Origin: the human T2T-CHM13v2.0 reference genome, Homo sapiens
Assembly: GCF_009914755.1 (NCBI RefSeq)
Contig: NC_060926.1
Length of the DNA: 64,000 nucleotides
Direction: 5' to 3' (one strand)
The position numbers and the translations under genes were made by a program. Under the pieces are notes generated by a model, which worked only from the letters and a program-made list of their open reading frames with translations, ran no database searches and was not told the origin of the DNA. This document shows positions 41,936 through 55,160 of this stretch, piece by piece. The stretch's first letter is position 1; every line of letters begins with the position of its first letter.

Positions 41936-42333
41936 TGTCTTAGTCCACTCAGGCTGCTATAACAAAATACTATAAACAGAGTAGCTTATCAACAACTGAG
42001 TACCATACCATAAACTGAGTAGCTTATAAGCAAATTTATTTCTCACAGTTCTGGGGGCTAGGAAGTCCAAGATCAAGGTACCAGCACATTTGGTGTCTGG
42101 TGAGAGGTCTCTTTCTGGTTCACAGATGGTGGCTTCTAGCTGTGTCCTCACATGATGGAAGGGGCAAGGCAACTCTCTGGGGCCTCTTTTATAAGGACAC
42201 TAATTCCATTCACAAGGGATCTGATTTTATGACCTAATCACTTCCCAAAAGCCCTATCTCCTAATACCAACTGATTGGTGATTAGGTTTCAATATATGAA
42301 TTTTGGGGTGACACTAACATTCAGACTATAGCA
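41936..42333 (-). mobile_element. MLT1A0-like solo LTR
   Basis: tgtcttagtccactcaggctgctataacaaaatac...aacattcagactatagca; perfect 5-bp TSD aaaag (41931-41935, 42334-42338). Confidence 0.92.
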
Positions 42334-42837
42334 AAAAGTGTTGGAAATAATGTAGCAGAGACCTGTATACCCACTTCCCAGATTTCATACATATTCGTAT
42401 TTTTTCAGTTTTTGGTAAATTAAAAAAGAGCAATTGTTTTTAAAAGATATAAAACACTACAAATATAGTTAGCAACCTCCCAACTCCTAATCCTCTCCCT
42501 TTCTTCAACTGCAAAGGCAACCACTATTAGAAATTGTTCTGTGTGCCTCTCAGGCAGATTTTTATACGTTTACCACATATGTATACACACAGTAATATAA
42601 AGCACTGTTTAGAAATTTTAAATGGATAGAAATCGTACCATATTGAATACATCATTTTAAAAATTGTGTTTTTTCTCAATGAATGTTCTTAAGATTCATC
42701 AGTATAGAATGTATTTTTATATAATTAAGTTGATCCCAAGGTTTTTGCTATTATAGGCAATGTTATTACAGACTAGGAACATACTTGTTAATGTACCTTT
42801 TACAAATATAGGACATTTCTCTAAGACATACACCTAG

Positions 42838-43270
<433 letters not shown>

Positions 43271-45038
43271 TAAATGGCATTTATTGTTTTCCTTCATTCT
43301 CATGAGTTTGAGCATCTTCTTGTATTTTTACTGGACAGTAATGTTTTCTGTGAGTTGCCAAACAAAATTAGTTGATTATTTGTATTCAGCTACTTTTCTC
43401 ACTCTTGAGCTACTGTTCTTGCCGTTACTGATTTGCAGGAACTTTCTAATATGTTTCAGATACTAGTCCTTTGTTAGCATATGTGGTGAAAACATCTCCC
43501 ATTCAATAGCTTGTCTTTCCCTTTGTCTATGGTTTCTTTTATCATGCAGAAGTTTGTAATTTTAATATAGGCAAATGTATCAATTACTTGCTTTATGATT
43601 TGCTTTCTCTGTGTTTTGTTCAAGTATTCCATCCCTTTCCTGGGGTCATAAGTACATCCTCCTAGCCAATCTCACATAGACTATATGGTCTCAGTGTCCA
43701 CCATCTTTCCTCTTCAGTTCTTTTAAAAAAATCACAAAGATTATTTGGACTATTACAAATTAATGTATGATTATTCCAAAACACCTGGGAAAAGCAGAAA
43801 AAACAAATCAGTACATTATCCTCTAAACTTCGTTTTTCCCATCTGTAAGATAAGAACAACAACAATTACTGCATTTGGGTTGTTTGCATCCCAATTATAT
43901 CAAAATTCTCATGTCAGGCCTCTAGCTGGCAAAAAAAAAAAATGTATATATATTTTCTTAAATAGTCCTGTGTGCCCCTGCACTATTATATACCAGTGTG
44001 CAAAAAATCCTGGGGAAATGAAGGAGCAGAGCTATGGACATTGACTTACTGACTCAAGCCTGAGTGATGGGCAGGATCCCAGCAAGACGAATTCCATGAA
44101 GTCAGTAAAGCTGCTACCAAACCATAGCAACACCCATTCTAGGTTGTGCTCCAGTAGTACCTGGACTTCTTCCTTTTATAACCACACACTATTCAGGCAG
44201 TGACTAAAAGGGCATGGAAACTACTTGGAGAACAAAAGCCACCAGCTGACCTCATCCTCAGTACTTCCCTGGTCAGAGGAGTTAATTAGCCAAAGGGAAA
44301 ACAATCGACTTTTTTGGTATTATATAATTCCATTGTATTTTTGCCAGGTATCGGATTTCACCACCCACTACCATGGTGTCACGTCATGAAAGAACTTATT
44401 GTTAAACACACAGAACAAGGAGAGCTCATAACTTTGCAAGAAGTATAATTCCACATTTTTTGTCTCATTGCAATTGAAATCTTCAGGTCAATAGGTAATT
44501 ACATTAACGCAACATGTCCTATTTCATATGAACACTGCTCACGTTGAGAGGGCCCTCGCCTGAAGAAAGACTATTTTTAGGAAGCTTGGCAAAGAAAATT
44601 GATGTTTTCAGCCCAAACATGCACTGCCAAATAACTAACTCCACCAAATTCCTTCTTACCAAAAAGGAAAAAAAGCAACAAAATAATAAAATCTTCCTTT
44701 TCACTATTTTGGGAATTATCTTCCCATGTCTAACTCCCTTCAGCTTTCAGAATCACCTTCACACAACTGTGAGCAAAGCTTCCTTGTAGGATTGTGAAAT
44801 TTGAAAGACAAATGGGAGCTCATCTGATTAGAAACTCTCATCCTTCCATGCCTTGGAGGAATCACAGAACTTTTTTGTTTAAAGTGAAAATCTGATTAGA
44901 GAAGGACTGCATTTACCTTCAAGGACCCCAGAGCTATGGACTTTAGATGAAGGAAATCTCCAACTGTTCTCGGACACACTAAAAATCCTTTAAAACATAA
45001 AAAGTAAACGCTTCTATGCACCCTATATAGTTGCGCAA

Positions 45039-45259
45039 AAATAATCTTTATGATACTTTTAAAATAACTGAAGAGGAAAAATGGTGGACACTGAGACCAT
45101 ATAGTCTACGTGAGATTGGCTAGGAGAATGTACTTATGCCCCCAGGAAAAAGGACTACTTGTATATCATGTCCATAAAGATTATTTGGACTATTATGAAA
45201 TTAATGTACCATTATTCCAAAAGATCCAGGAAAAGCAGAAAAACAAGTCAGTACATTAT
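45039..45259. repeat. Rearranged local duplicate of 43621-43819 (inverted part plus direct part)
   Basis: 45039-45161 is the reverse complement of ~43621-43746; 45173-45259 is a direct copy of 43733-43819. Confidence 0.93.
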
Positions 45260-45364
45260 TAGACCACTTTAAAAATAATTATTATTACCCTTTCAGGAAA
45301 CTATAGCACCTAGCACAGAAAGACATCGAGAGAGAGAAAACTAAAGTTTAGCGAGTGTCTACTC

Positions 45365-45765
45365 CAGCCTCTCCAAAATCCACAGTTTGCCTTTCAAGAT
45401 TCTCCATAATTTGACCCTAGCCTATCTTTCCATACTTAAGCTGTACTCTATCCTATCTGATCTGTCTGGTCATCACTGGCCTTTTCTCTTTCTTATGCCT
45501 AGATGAATCTTACTGATCTTTTAAGTCCCAGATAAAGTCCCAGGTCATCTATTAATAGCAAACCATCCCTAACAACTTAGCTTCTTTGTTTGTCATCAGT
45601 ATTTATTAACCACACCATCCCATCAAAAATTACCTTGTATTATTAGTCTTCATGTATGCATTTCTGTTTTATATTCCCAACTAGACTTTAAACTTATCTT
45701 GAGGAAGACTAGGCCTGGCTCTTCTTCCCTCTATACTTCCTCAAGGGCACTATAGCATAATCTTC
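45365..45765 (+). mobile_element. L2 3' fragment
   Basis: attcaagattctccataatttgaccctagcctatctttcc-like motif; ccaactagactttaaact. Confidence 0.55.
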
Positions 45766-45866
45766 AAGAGAAGGGTTCTGTAGTTAGAAGGCCCATGTTC
45801 TAATTCTGGCTCGAAAGAAACAAAGTTGAGTTCCAAAGTCCTCAACATGTAAACACTTTGGAATCA

Positions 45867-46235
<369 letters not shown>

Positions 46236-47604
46236 TTATTTGTGTTATTCTCCCTGTATCTGCTCAGTATAATAAGGGATGGTCTAGTGAGATTCCTGAG
46301 TGAGTATCCACAAAGAAGGTGGTCATGAGGTAGATTCTTAAAATATCCCTTATTTACAAAATTATTCTACATGAAAACAATTCCCTGAAGTTGCAAATAA
46401 ATTGTTATGCATGATTGAAAGCAAACACCCAACCTTCAAACTTAAAACTGGAAAAGTGGTTCATATATTCACTCTCATAAGAGAAGCAGCAATTAACTTT
46501 TAAAAAAAATACCTATCCTGGTTTTTATCTGAAAACCAGACATTTGAAAACAGTCAATGACTTTTAGCTTTCCAGAGCATTTTGGCTTGATTACTCAACT
46601 TCAGGAAGCAAAGATTTAAAAAATCTTGCCATTCGTATATTTTAAGAGCCGCTGACACCTAATGGAAGGTTTTGAAAGAACATGTGGTTTCTGGGAAAGT
46701 GTGATACCAGTGGGCAGTTCTTCTCTCCAAAGACATTCTATCATTTCTATCCAAGAGAGTTGTCCTGGAAGCTGACCCCAAGGACGCAGTAGGGGTTCCA
46801 GAAAGCTCTGGTCTCAGGAGTCTGGAGATAAAGATGAATGGGACTGCAAGAATTAATATTTGTGTGGAATTTTTCTACCTTACATTGTTTTCCTAGTTGC
46901 TTAGAGGTGTCTTTTGCAGGCCTTGAATGGAGAGAAGATGCCTGTTTGGGGTGCCCCAGTCGAAAAGCCTGATTAGTAATGGCCGGAGCTGAGAACAGCT
47001 TTCCACAGGAAGTACGCTTTGCCTCAGCGTTGGAAATCAGTGTGGCGCCTGCTATAGCCAAGTGTCCCTGCAGGACCCCACTGGGAAATCACTTGAGTTT
47101 TACGAGGTTAGCTGCAGTTTTTGTGTAAACAACATAACGTTTTATGGTGGGAAACCTAGCCCTTTGCTTTTTATGTAAAAGCATCGATTAAGGCTTTTTT
47201 AATGTTTGAAATGTAAAGAAGTGTGAAAAACTAATGTTGTTTCAGAAATGGTCCAAGGAAAAAGATAATGCAGTAGCTACAAGTTTAATGACCTTTCTCA
47301 TAAAATTATGTGGGGGATTTGTGATAAGCATGGTAATAAAAATGGTTTTGTTGCCTCTAATTCTCCCGGTTGTGGATTAAATGTTTTCTAATGGATAGTA
47401 CCACTGCTGTCTATATTCATTATTTATTCCATCACTAATTTATTTCCAGAAGGAATAACAGTAAATTCAGATATTAATTAAAATATTTTAAATAGCAAGA
47501 TTTCTTTTATTTTGTGATTTTTTTAAATGAGGATTTTTTTTAATTGGGTTGTTACCAAAATTACCTTTTGTAAAAGACAACTTAAGTAAAAACCAAATTC
47601 AAAT

Positions 47605-47870
47605 GTCAGATACATGTTATTATACATTTATCAAAACCCATGAAATAAACAACACCAAAAGTGAACTTTCATGTAAACTACTGACTTTGAGTGATAATGA
47701 TTTGTCAACGAAGGCTCATCAGTTGTAACAAATGTACCATTATGGTGACCCAAATTGATAGTGGGGAAGGATGTGTTTGCAGGACAGGAGGTTATGGGAG
47801 CTTTCTGCATTTTCTGCTCAATTTTGCTGCAAACTCAAAACTGCTCCAAAAAATGTAAGTCGATTTAAAA
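47605..47870 (+). mobile_element. L1MD/MC-type 3' end
   Basis: gatacatgttattatacatttatcaaaaccca...tcagttgtaacaaatgtacca...tgctcaattttgctgcaaactcaaaactgctc. Confidence 0.8.
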
Positions 47871-50800
47871 CATTCATCACAGAAGGTAGTGCGTGTTAGT
47901 GCCGAGGGTTAATTTCGTTTTCTGGCTATCTGTGGTTGAAGCCTAAACTTCTGTTTATACCTTTGTGATGTGTTTCAAGTTTTTCTAAAATGCATTAGCC
48001 CTGGTGCTAGGCATGGTGGCTCCCACACATGAGTACAGGGGACTCATTTTCCCCAGAGTCCCACAAATAGGACTAGGGACAAAGAGGGAGATTGTCCTGA
48101 CGATGATGCCCCCAAGGAGGCATACCCTGTATATTGCTTTCCAGACTAATCCTTTGGCACAGGTGTACTATGTTGCTTTTTCTTTTCTTTTCTTTTCTTT
48201 TTTCTTTTTTTTTTTTTTTGCCTTTTTCTTGTAGATGCTGTGGTTGGAGAAAAAAGGAGAAACCCCAGTTGACCTTTTCTGAGGGCTGCTGGTTCTTGAG
48301 TCTCTGGTAATTAAGTCCTGACCTTACCAAGGGTTTAGCTGCATGTGATAACATGTGACCATTATCAAACTGACCAGCTTTATCCTCAGGTTTTCATACA
48401 AGAAAACAATATTTCAAAGGTCAAAGCAATTACTGGGATTTTCAGAACACTTTTTATTTAAGGCTCATGAGCATGTTAGGGCAGAATGTGATTGTCTGCT
48501 GTAGTTTGGGCAGCACTGATTGGCAAAGGAAAGGATGGGCCAGGTGAATGGTGCCCTGCAGAGAGGACTCTTATATGAAGAAGATGCCTATTTCTTCCAA
48601 ACCGGGCAGAGCAGATGGGAAATCTCTAGGAATAAGATGCAGCAGGATGGACGCAGAGAGGGACCCTGCTGTGGTCACTCAAGTCCTCAACACACTCTGG
48701 CATGCATCCTCCTTCCTCAAAGAGCACTCAGCGTTCGGCCCATGGTTAACAGAAACTTCCTGATGCATGCCTTTCCGTGACAAGATCAGGGGATATCAGG
48801 GTGATGGCAACACTGAAGGATGATGGGGCATCACATCGGTCTATCAGTATGGTTATTTGTGTCTAAGACGTTCATTCAGTGTGCCATGATCCAAGTTATG
48901 CTGGGAATACAAATTCAAATAGGACATGCAACCACGTTCAGTCAGTTTACAATCTCACTTTATACATCATCCGTCTTGAGAGAAGCAGAAAGAAAGCAGA
49001 CATATCTTCACCAGGCTCAGTTCCCGTGTTCTGCCAGAACGCACAGCTGCCGCCCTGTCTGCCCTGTTGCTCTGCCTTTGACCTCAGGGCTGACCTGCAG
49101 AGACCACACTTATTAAAGGAGGCAGGTCATTTACTCCTGTTCTTGCCACATGTTGGCCTGTTATGGGCCGACACTGCTGAATTACATGTGGTGTTTTATG
49201 AGACGATCAAGTGTCAAGTAGCAATGGAGTGAAAGCTGCCATACAGATTCTGACACAGACCACAAAGCAGGGGTCCTCAGAGCCTTCCTGGTCCTAGTGA
49301 CGCCACTGGCTGCTGCCCGGGGTGCCCTCATTCGTGGCCAAATGTAAGATCATTGTGTTTTTGCCATGGTCCCCCCAAAAACTTAAAACCTTAGCACAAC
49401 AATTCAATTTCTATATCCTTCACTTTTTCTTTCATTAAAGGAAAATCACCTCCCTAGAAAAATAAAAACAAAAGAACTTAGATAGCATTTTTTAAATGAA
49501 AAGGGGAACATTTTTTTAAATGAAAGGGAGGCGATTTTTTAAAATGAAAGAGAGATGACAGAGATAGAGACAGGTTCCCTCTTACCTCTCAAGCTAAGAG
49601 TAAAATCTGGGACTTTCAAAAAGGTATGACTCTTAGAAACTGATTAATTTTTAGATCTTAAAAAGCCATACGGTCTCTTTAAAGAGCAATGAAAGCCTGA
49701 TTCAAGTTGTTAAATTTTATGTTGTGTGTAATGTTGTAATTGATGTCAAACCTTTCACATTTTCTTACCACTGACATTGGACAGTCTACTCCACTCAAGG
49801 GCTCAGTTACCGAAGTTGAGATTAAGTAACCTAACCAGGAAATAAGGGCAGAATGGAATTTTATTACATGGAATTGAGAAGTACAAATGCAAAATAATTA
49901 AGTCTGAGCCAAATATAGCCATTCTCTCTCCCATCAGTTTATTTTGGTGGACAATTGGCTGTATTCGGTATTTCACTGAGCTGCATATAAAACTTTATTG
50001 CCCTTGTAAAGTGCATGCTGTGAATTCTGATGCTTCTGTGTGTTTGGGGGAACATAATTGTTCCCTTTGCAGAATAGCATGGCTTACCTAGGTCCTGTTA
50101 CCAAAGTAGGCTTCCAGGACGCCTGCTGCTGAAAGTCCCAGTGCTGGGATGTGTATGAGGAGCTCAGATCAAAGCTAAAGAAAGAGATGTGTAACAATTG
50201 GGAAAATAGCCCCCCTGAACCTCAGAACACATTAAATGCAAAGAAAAAGACACAGGTCCTATTGGATATGGTCTCTGGCAAGTTACTGCTGGGTTAAGGC
50301 TTTTGCGTTTGTTGAGGGCTTACAATAAGTTAGTCCACACTGAGTGGCTCATCAGGTCTCAGTGATTGTGACGAATCCATTCTGTATTAGCATGTGGGGT
50401 CTTTTTCGAGGCAGTCTCTCCCCTTCCCTCCATCCTCAGAGACAGAGGCTGTTTGTATACTGTGAAGGCCTGCTTTACTGTGCATCTGAGACCATAGGAG
50501 CAATATGGAATTGACCTAATTAGGATTCTTTTCTGGGAAAAACAATATACAGCTACATACGGTTTCAGTCACATTCCAAGTGCTTTCCTATTCTTTCGAC
50601 TCCAACAATATGGCAGCGTGTGATGGGTGGGAGGGAGACTGTGATCAGAGGCTGCTGCTTCAGGAACAGCCCAGATGGTGGAAGGTGAGGCTGGGGGAGG
50701 GTGGGTAGCTGCATTGATGATGTAGGCTTAGGCTGTGTACAGCTCTGGGACCACAGAGCCTCCAAGACTGAACCAGGACTTCTAGCCCAAGGCTAGAATA

Positions 50801-51219
50801 TATAAGGAGGCCCATTTACCATCATAGTCAGCAGGCCACACGTTCAAGCTCCATGTGCATCCCCACAAACAGCCACCCCTTGAGCCCACCTGGGGCCTAG
50901 GGTTTCACATATCAGCAGCCAGGTCTGCCCTCCCAAGGAGAGGACCACACAGGCTCTGGAGGTGGACTCAAGGCCACTGGAGCAGAGAATTCCAATGTCT
51001 TAGGAACCCAAAGCATGTGAGGGTGGAGTGGGACCAGGTTTAGGATGAACACATTCCATCAACCTGAAAGACTCTTTGTCCTAGGAGTGAATGGTCGGAC
51101 AAGGGTCCAAGTGGAGTCCTCTAAAATGCATTGCCTTGGACAGCGTAGTACTGGCTGGAGCTGCCTTGCTTTAGATCATGCAGGGCTTCTCCTAGGTCCC
51201 CTCTTCAAGGGAAATTAGA

Positions 51220-51400
51220 CGTCCTGGCTTTGAGTCTTAGCTCTGTTCCTCTCTAGCTGGTTGCCTTGGGGAAGGCATTTAACCTCTCTGAGCCTACCTC
51301 CTTATATGCAGAGAGTATTTAACTGTCCATTATGGTGGATCTCAGAAAGCTCACAGGAGTGGAAGGACGTGGTGGGTCATAAAGGGCTCTTTATAAATGG
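51220..51400 (+). mobile_element. MIR
   Basis: ctttgagtcttagctctg...tttaacctctctgagcct. Confidence 0.6.
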
Positions 51401-52509
51401 GACGAGCCATGTGATGCTCCCTGCCCTAGTTGGAAGAAGGTAGGTTCTTGGGATAGATTAAGAATGAGTCACACAACTGTCCCTTTCTCACCTACACCCA
51501 GGCCACAGTGGGATGAGGAGGGAAGAAGCAATCTTAGTATTGTTACAACTGGAGCCATGGCTGCAAAAGTCCCAGGGAAACATTTTGAGCCTGTTTTCCT
51601 AGTATACGTCATCCCATCAACCTAACCCCCAGCAGAGATTCTCTCCGCCTCTGGGCTGGCCTCCATAAGAGCTGCAGGGCAATGAGTGCAGGGTTCCAGA
51701 GCCTGCACTTTGAATTTTCCAGCTGGGCACTGACTAGACACACTTCAGAAGCAGAGAGGTACTCAGGTCTAATCGATCCATCTGCAAACCTCTCTAAGGC
51801 AGCAAGACTGGCCATCGTTTTTTAAACCTTGATTGTCACCCCAAGTGAATTCTCTGCTACAGGAGACGATCTCCCCAGATAATCTGGCTAGGGCAACAGA
51901 CAGTGGTCCCAGGGGGAGAAATAAGCCCTGCAGTACAGATCTGGAGCCCGTCAGCCCCCACAGGGGTGGAAGTACCAAGAATGGCTAACTACACACCCAT
52001 GTCATCAAACATGGTTCTCAATGGACTGTTGAGGGCACTCAGTGGACACAGAGCCATTTATCAAGGTCAGAACCCAGGCCAAGAACGTGGGTACCTATGA
52101 TAGGCATGGAGAGGTGAGAGAGTTCAGGAATTCCAGGAAGCTGTTTTGGGCATGGTGTAGAGCCAAGGGCAGTTTCTGACTGTCTAGACAGTCTTATGAG
52201 GAAACTGAGCAACAACAAGGCACAGTATGGCCCTGATATCTGGCCAGCAACTCCATCCTGGGGCATTGAATATAGGGCTGGGAGTGGAAGGGAGGGTCCC
52301 CTTTCTCCTTTTGATGAATCCCTCAGAGGTAATACATGGCCACGGAATTAGCAGACCCAGAACGGTGCTTTTTGTCTTGTTCTACTGCACCAGGGCCTCT
52401 TGTTTGTGAATTAGTTAACCTTCTGTGATCCTCCTAAGAATGTCACCATCTGAGTGTAGGTACGGGCCTTTTTATTCAGAACCTCATGGTAAGGAGAGGT
52501 AGCTTTGGA

Positions 52510-52730
52510 ATGGGGTTTCTTAACTGTAGCACCACATTTGGGGCCAGATAATGCCGTTGTAGGGGCTGTCTTGTGCACTGTAGAACGTTTAGCAGCATCT
52601 CTGGCCTCTGCCAACTAGATGCCCACAACACGTCGCCCCTCCCTCCGCAATATTCTGACAACTAAAAGTGTCTCCAGACATTGCCAAATGTCCCCTGGGG
52701 AACAAAACGGCCCCTGGATGAGAGCCACTG
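52510..52730. mobile_element. MER20 (hAT-Charlie)
   Basis: ggggccagataat...tgtgcactgtagaacgtttagcagcatctctggcctct...tgtctccagacattgccaaatgtcccctgggg...gagagccactg. Confidence 0.9.
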
Positions 52731-52899
52731 CCTTAGACAAATACAGATAGAAACTGAGATGACAGAGCAAAAGGGGACTGCCGGCCTCAGGGCCCCTCTG
52801 ACCGATGTAAGATTGCTCAGGCAAATTCTCACACCAGCGAGCTCTAAGGCCAAGGGAAAGGAGGGCAAAGGCCACCGGGGCTCATGCACTGACAACAAC

Positions 52900-53145
52900 C
52901 TACACTAATGCTCCCTGAGGGCCGCATGCTCCCAGCAGTGTGCTGAGCTTCTTACATGAATCATCTCTTTGACTCCACAGGAACCAGTGAAGCAGCCACA
53001 AATGTCATCCTTAGCTTGTAGGCAGGGAACCTGCGACTTAATAAAGGACAAATGACTTACTTAAGATCAAACAGCTGGCTGGCACTAAGCCAAGATTTGA
53101 ACTCAAGCCAACTCAGTCTGGACCTGCACTGTTTACATCAACCCA
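52900..53145 (-). mobile_element. MIR
   Basis: tgtgctgagcttcttacatgaatcatctc...aatgacttac...gccaagatttgaactcaag. Confidence 0.65.
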
Positions 53146-53739
53146 ATGACAATCTTAGTATTAAAGACAGTGACAATCTCCCAGCTGCGGGCTTAGGGGA
53201 GACATTGGACAGAATGAAAAGTAACTCCATATAGGTGATTCTGTCTGATCCTCACAAACCCTCTGTATGGTAGCAAGGTGAGAGGGAGGTCTCCGGGGCA
53301 GAGAAAGCACAGCTCTTCCTGGCCTTCCCCAGCCCAAGTAGGGAAAATAGTCAAAATCCAAGTTTCACTCAGTAGGTCTCTTCCAAAGCCACAGCTTTAT
53401 CTAAAAACCGCAGCCTGCTCAAAACACCTTTGCCTGAGTGCCTATACGTGAGATCCCAGGCTTACAGCCTTAAAGACAGAAAGAGCCTCTACCCCAAGCC
53501 TAACTCACCATCCTTCGACGCCTGCAGATTCCATGAAAAGAAAACAAATATTGAATGCACAACTTTTTTTTCTTCCTTTGAAAAACAAAATGTCAGCAGC
53601 TCAGCACCGGATCCCAGGAACGCTTCAATCACATTCCAGAATTTGTTCATCATGAGGGGTTCAGGGATGGAATTCATGGAGGAATGTTTTTTCCTTTCCC
53701 CTTGCTTAAAGGATCTGAAGAGTTATTAAAAACAAAAGA

Positions 53740-54030
53740 CGACAGAATTTCAAAAGTACATTGACAGCATCCCTTTAAAAACACACCCAAGCCTGAGATG
53801 AATGCTACAATGACAAGATACTGTACTGATTAATTATTAAAAACACATTTTGTGTGGTTTGACAGCTATGCCAGAGCAGTCTGTCTCATAGTGATTAAAC
53901 CTCCATAAATGTGGTTCCAATAATGAGCTGGTACTGCATTATCAGACAATGGCGGCCTGAGTAAATCTTAATTAGTTTTGTCTTTTGAGACCTTCATTTA
54001 AATTCAAAGTCATACAAATGTTGTTCCTGA
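53740..54030. promoter_or_regulatory. Candidate conserved enhancer (homeodomain/MEIS/SOX motif cluster)
   Basis: Repeat-free; TGATTAAT 53827-53834, TGACAG 53762 and 53860, several TAAT/ATTA and ACAATG; inferred from motifs only. Confidence 0.4.
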
Positions 54031-54304
54031 ACCGAGCGACCCTCCTACCCACTATGGGCTGACACCCCCAGCCCCATGACACTCAAAAGTTCCCGGACAG
54101 AGGAGCTGGCATAGAGGATAGCTCGGGGGCGTGGGGTAGGGGGGGTACAAAACGTGGAACTGGGGCACCCACAGCTTTTCTGGGAAGCTTGCATTCCAAC
54201 AGACAGACACAGCTTTCTTCCAACTGCGAGGAAGGAGAGCCTCCCTAGGCCAACAGCTAGACATTTGGGTAAAAAAATTATTGCTGAAATGTGGAGCCCT
54301 GGGA

Positions 54305-54356
54305 ACAACAACGACAACAACAACAAAACAAAACAAAACAAAACAAAACAAAAAAC
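54305..54356. repeat. (AAC)n/(AAAAC)n simple repeat
   Basis: Seen directly. Confidence 0.85.
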
Positions 54357-54994
54357 GTGGATTAAAAGGAGGGGGCTCCCTGTGAGCTTGAAGTGAGGAG
54401 TGAGACGGTGGGGGTTTGGAAGAAGTCTCTGGGCAGATGGATGAGCAGGCGATGGGGCCAGCCACCCAGACTGGAGGCTTTTCAGGGCAAACAAACCGGC
54501 CAGGGCACACAGCCTTGCTTCAAAAGGCCTACAATTACTCGTTTTATTGCTCAGAGTTACAAGATGATTGTATCTCAAAAGAAGGTGACAGCGAGTTAAC
54601 AGATCTGTCCCTGAGGGTGCCTGGACCAGACCTAGAGACTCCCTTCTCCAAACAGAGATGCAGGCACAATTAGGTACTTTCAAAATGAGACAGTTCTCTG
54701 CTTTGGGAACCCAGTGGAAGGCCGGTCAACGCACTGCACATTTTGGTACTAATTAACTCCTAATTTGGGAAAGGGAAAAAAGGGGTGTGTCTCTTTCAAG
54801 AATTTCTCCCTCCGGAGATGGCATCTCTGAGCAGCAGCATTTGGCAGTAAAACACAACAAATGTCAGAGCAGAGTGGCTGCGGGGCTTGGGGATTTACGA
54901 CTGGGTTCCGGAATGCTGTTAGATCCCTAGCCAGAGACTCTGATTTCAGATTGGGACAGATTTGGGTAATTAGGCAAAGTCAGCGAGCCCTGTC

Positions 54995-55160
54995 CCGGGA
55001 GGCAAGAAGCCTGGGACCCACCTCTGCCGCTAGCCTGTTGTATGAACCTGGGCAAGTTCCTTCCCTTCTCTGGCCTTCCATTCACCATCTATCAAAAATA
55101 AAAGCGTGGGATTCATGATCTCTAAGGATACTTCCAGCCCCAAAAGTCTATGATTCCAAG
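54995..55160 (+). mobile_element. MIR3/MIRc-like
   Basis: cctgggcaagttccttcccttctctggcc...catgatctctaaggatacttccagccccaaaagtctatgatt. Confidence 0.7.

Noticed and set aside
54045-54683. 212-aa minus-strand ORF
   Set aside because: Runs through an (AAAAC)n repeat (FCFVLFCFV); no domain or splice support.
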